A stretch of DNA of 64,000 bases, taken from contig NW_027191405.1 in NCBI RefSeq assembly GCF_041146345.1, forward strand, positions 744,001 through 808,000, written 5' to 3'. This stretch comes from Neodothiora populina (taxonomy: Eukaryota). The notes under the pieces were generated by a model. The model had not been told where the DNA came from. It ran no database searches and saw nothing but the letters and a program-made list of their open reading frames with translations. The position numbers and the translations under genes are program-made. This document shows positions 62,754-64,000 of the stretch, piece by piece. Numbering within the stretch: position 1 is the first letter of the stretch; every line of letters begins with the position of its first letter.

Positions 62754-63152
62754 ATCACCTTATCATGACGACCTTTCACCAGACGAAAATTTCAATTCGC
62801 CATCCATTTTCCATTATGCGACATGAACGACAATGAGTATCAGCATTCGACACGAACACAAGTCATGCACAGGGACACCATGCGGGAGAGATCTATTCAC
62901 TTCTTGTATGCAATTCTTTGGCGTACTTTTCGGGACTTTTGAATGGAGAGAGAAATTAGGAAGTGGTTGAGTCAGTAAGGTGGAAGAACGGTATCGGTTT
63001 TTTATTTTCTTCATGTCGGTGCGCAAAATACTTCACCTCTTTGCGCGCCATTTTCTTCGATTTTCTCACCATGCGCGCTTCGAATCGAAAATGAGCTTCT
63101 GTAATGTCAAGATTGCAAAGGCTTTGATCGCGATCTTCTTTGCGCATGCACA

Positions 63153-63169
63153 CCCCCCCCCCCCCCCCC
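63153..63169. repeat. Poly-C tract (~17 nt)
   Basis: Homopolymer downstream of GIS2. Confidence 0.9.
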
Positions 63170-64000
63170 ATCATCTGGAGCATTTCAATTTGGAACAAAA
63201 AGTTGGACTTGGTCGGTCTCTAGGGCTTTTTTATCGTACACGTTCTTGTGCGTATATAAACAGCCGGAAGTTTAGTTGTAGCCGTGACGAGCAGGATTAT
63301 ACCCCATCGGCGAGAACAAAATTCTAAGATTTGAACTGGATAGTACTGTTGCCTCTTATGATTTCGTTTTTTTTTTCGCTTTTCTGTTGCTCCATTGATC
63401 GACACACTATAGGTCGTGTACCCGAACTTGGGACTTGACCTGGGCTCGCCCATAGATATGGCTGAGATGAAGTCATCTTTCGCTTATATGAGCCAGAGTG
63501 AATGGGATTCAAGCTCGCCCAATCTATCTAAGGTATGTTCCACATGGCCGCCCAATGTACAGTACAGTACAGTACAACTGCAAGCGGTTCATCTATTTTC
63601 TCATAGTAATCTCACTCCATCCGCACTAAATGCAATACACGCTGTGCTATGTTTCCCGCTCGCACCTGATGATGCTTAGAGAAGAAGCTACCTTACTTAC
63701 CTACCACCACATTTTGCCGCTGCTAACACCAAAAGAAGGGCTCATTGTCGTCGTCGTCGCGCGGCCGTCTGTCCGCCGCCACCGACGTCGTCATGTCACT
63801 GTGGAAAAGGCGCACGGGCAGGGCAGCTGTGCACGTGCACTAGACTGATGGGCAACTAACAGGCGGCGACCGGCCACCATTGGGCTCTTTGGCGATGTCG
63901 GGGCTAGCTAGGTTGGTAGTGACCTTTCCTCTCGTTGAAACGGACGGCGCTTGTTGGTTGCTCGTCTGCGAGAAGGGTCATACTGTAAAGGTCACCCAGC

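Overview
Gene-dense, intron-rich nuclear DNA of a filamentous ascomycete (Pezizomycotina; probably Eurotiomycetes-like, which is an inference). About 16 recognisable protein genes: SAR1, a DUF2457-like protein, PHO13-like phosphatase, PRI2, ATP16, SPT4, PPT1/PP5, MID1, RNH201, MIF2/CENP-C, tubulin cofactor B, a Myb factor, a Na+/H+ antiporter, RPC2/RET1, a Pumilio protein, SF3B2 and a GIS2/CNBP-like protein. An RS-rich protein and several orphan or degenerate ORFs are also present. No tRNA, rRNA, CRISPR array or intact transposon was recognised. The standout signal is a 748-nt intron that splits the CENP-C cupin domain. It holds a roughly 460-nt, densely nested multi-hairpin element that I could not match to any known ncRNA class. 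Other observations: long structured introns in the neighbouring TBCB gene, a repeat-built orphan cassette (in-frame UAG-interrupted leader, repeat protein and small 2-TM ORF), two homopolymer frameshifts and two GC-AG introns. Exon structures and pairings were derived by eye; no alignment or folding software was run.
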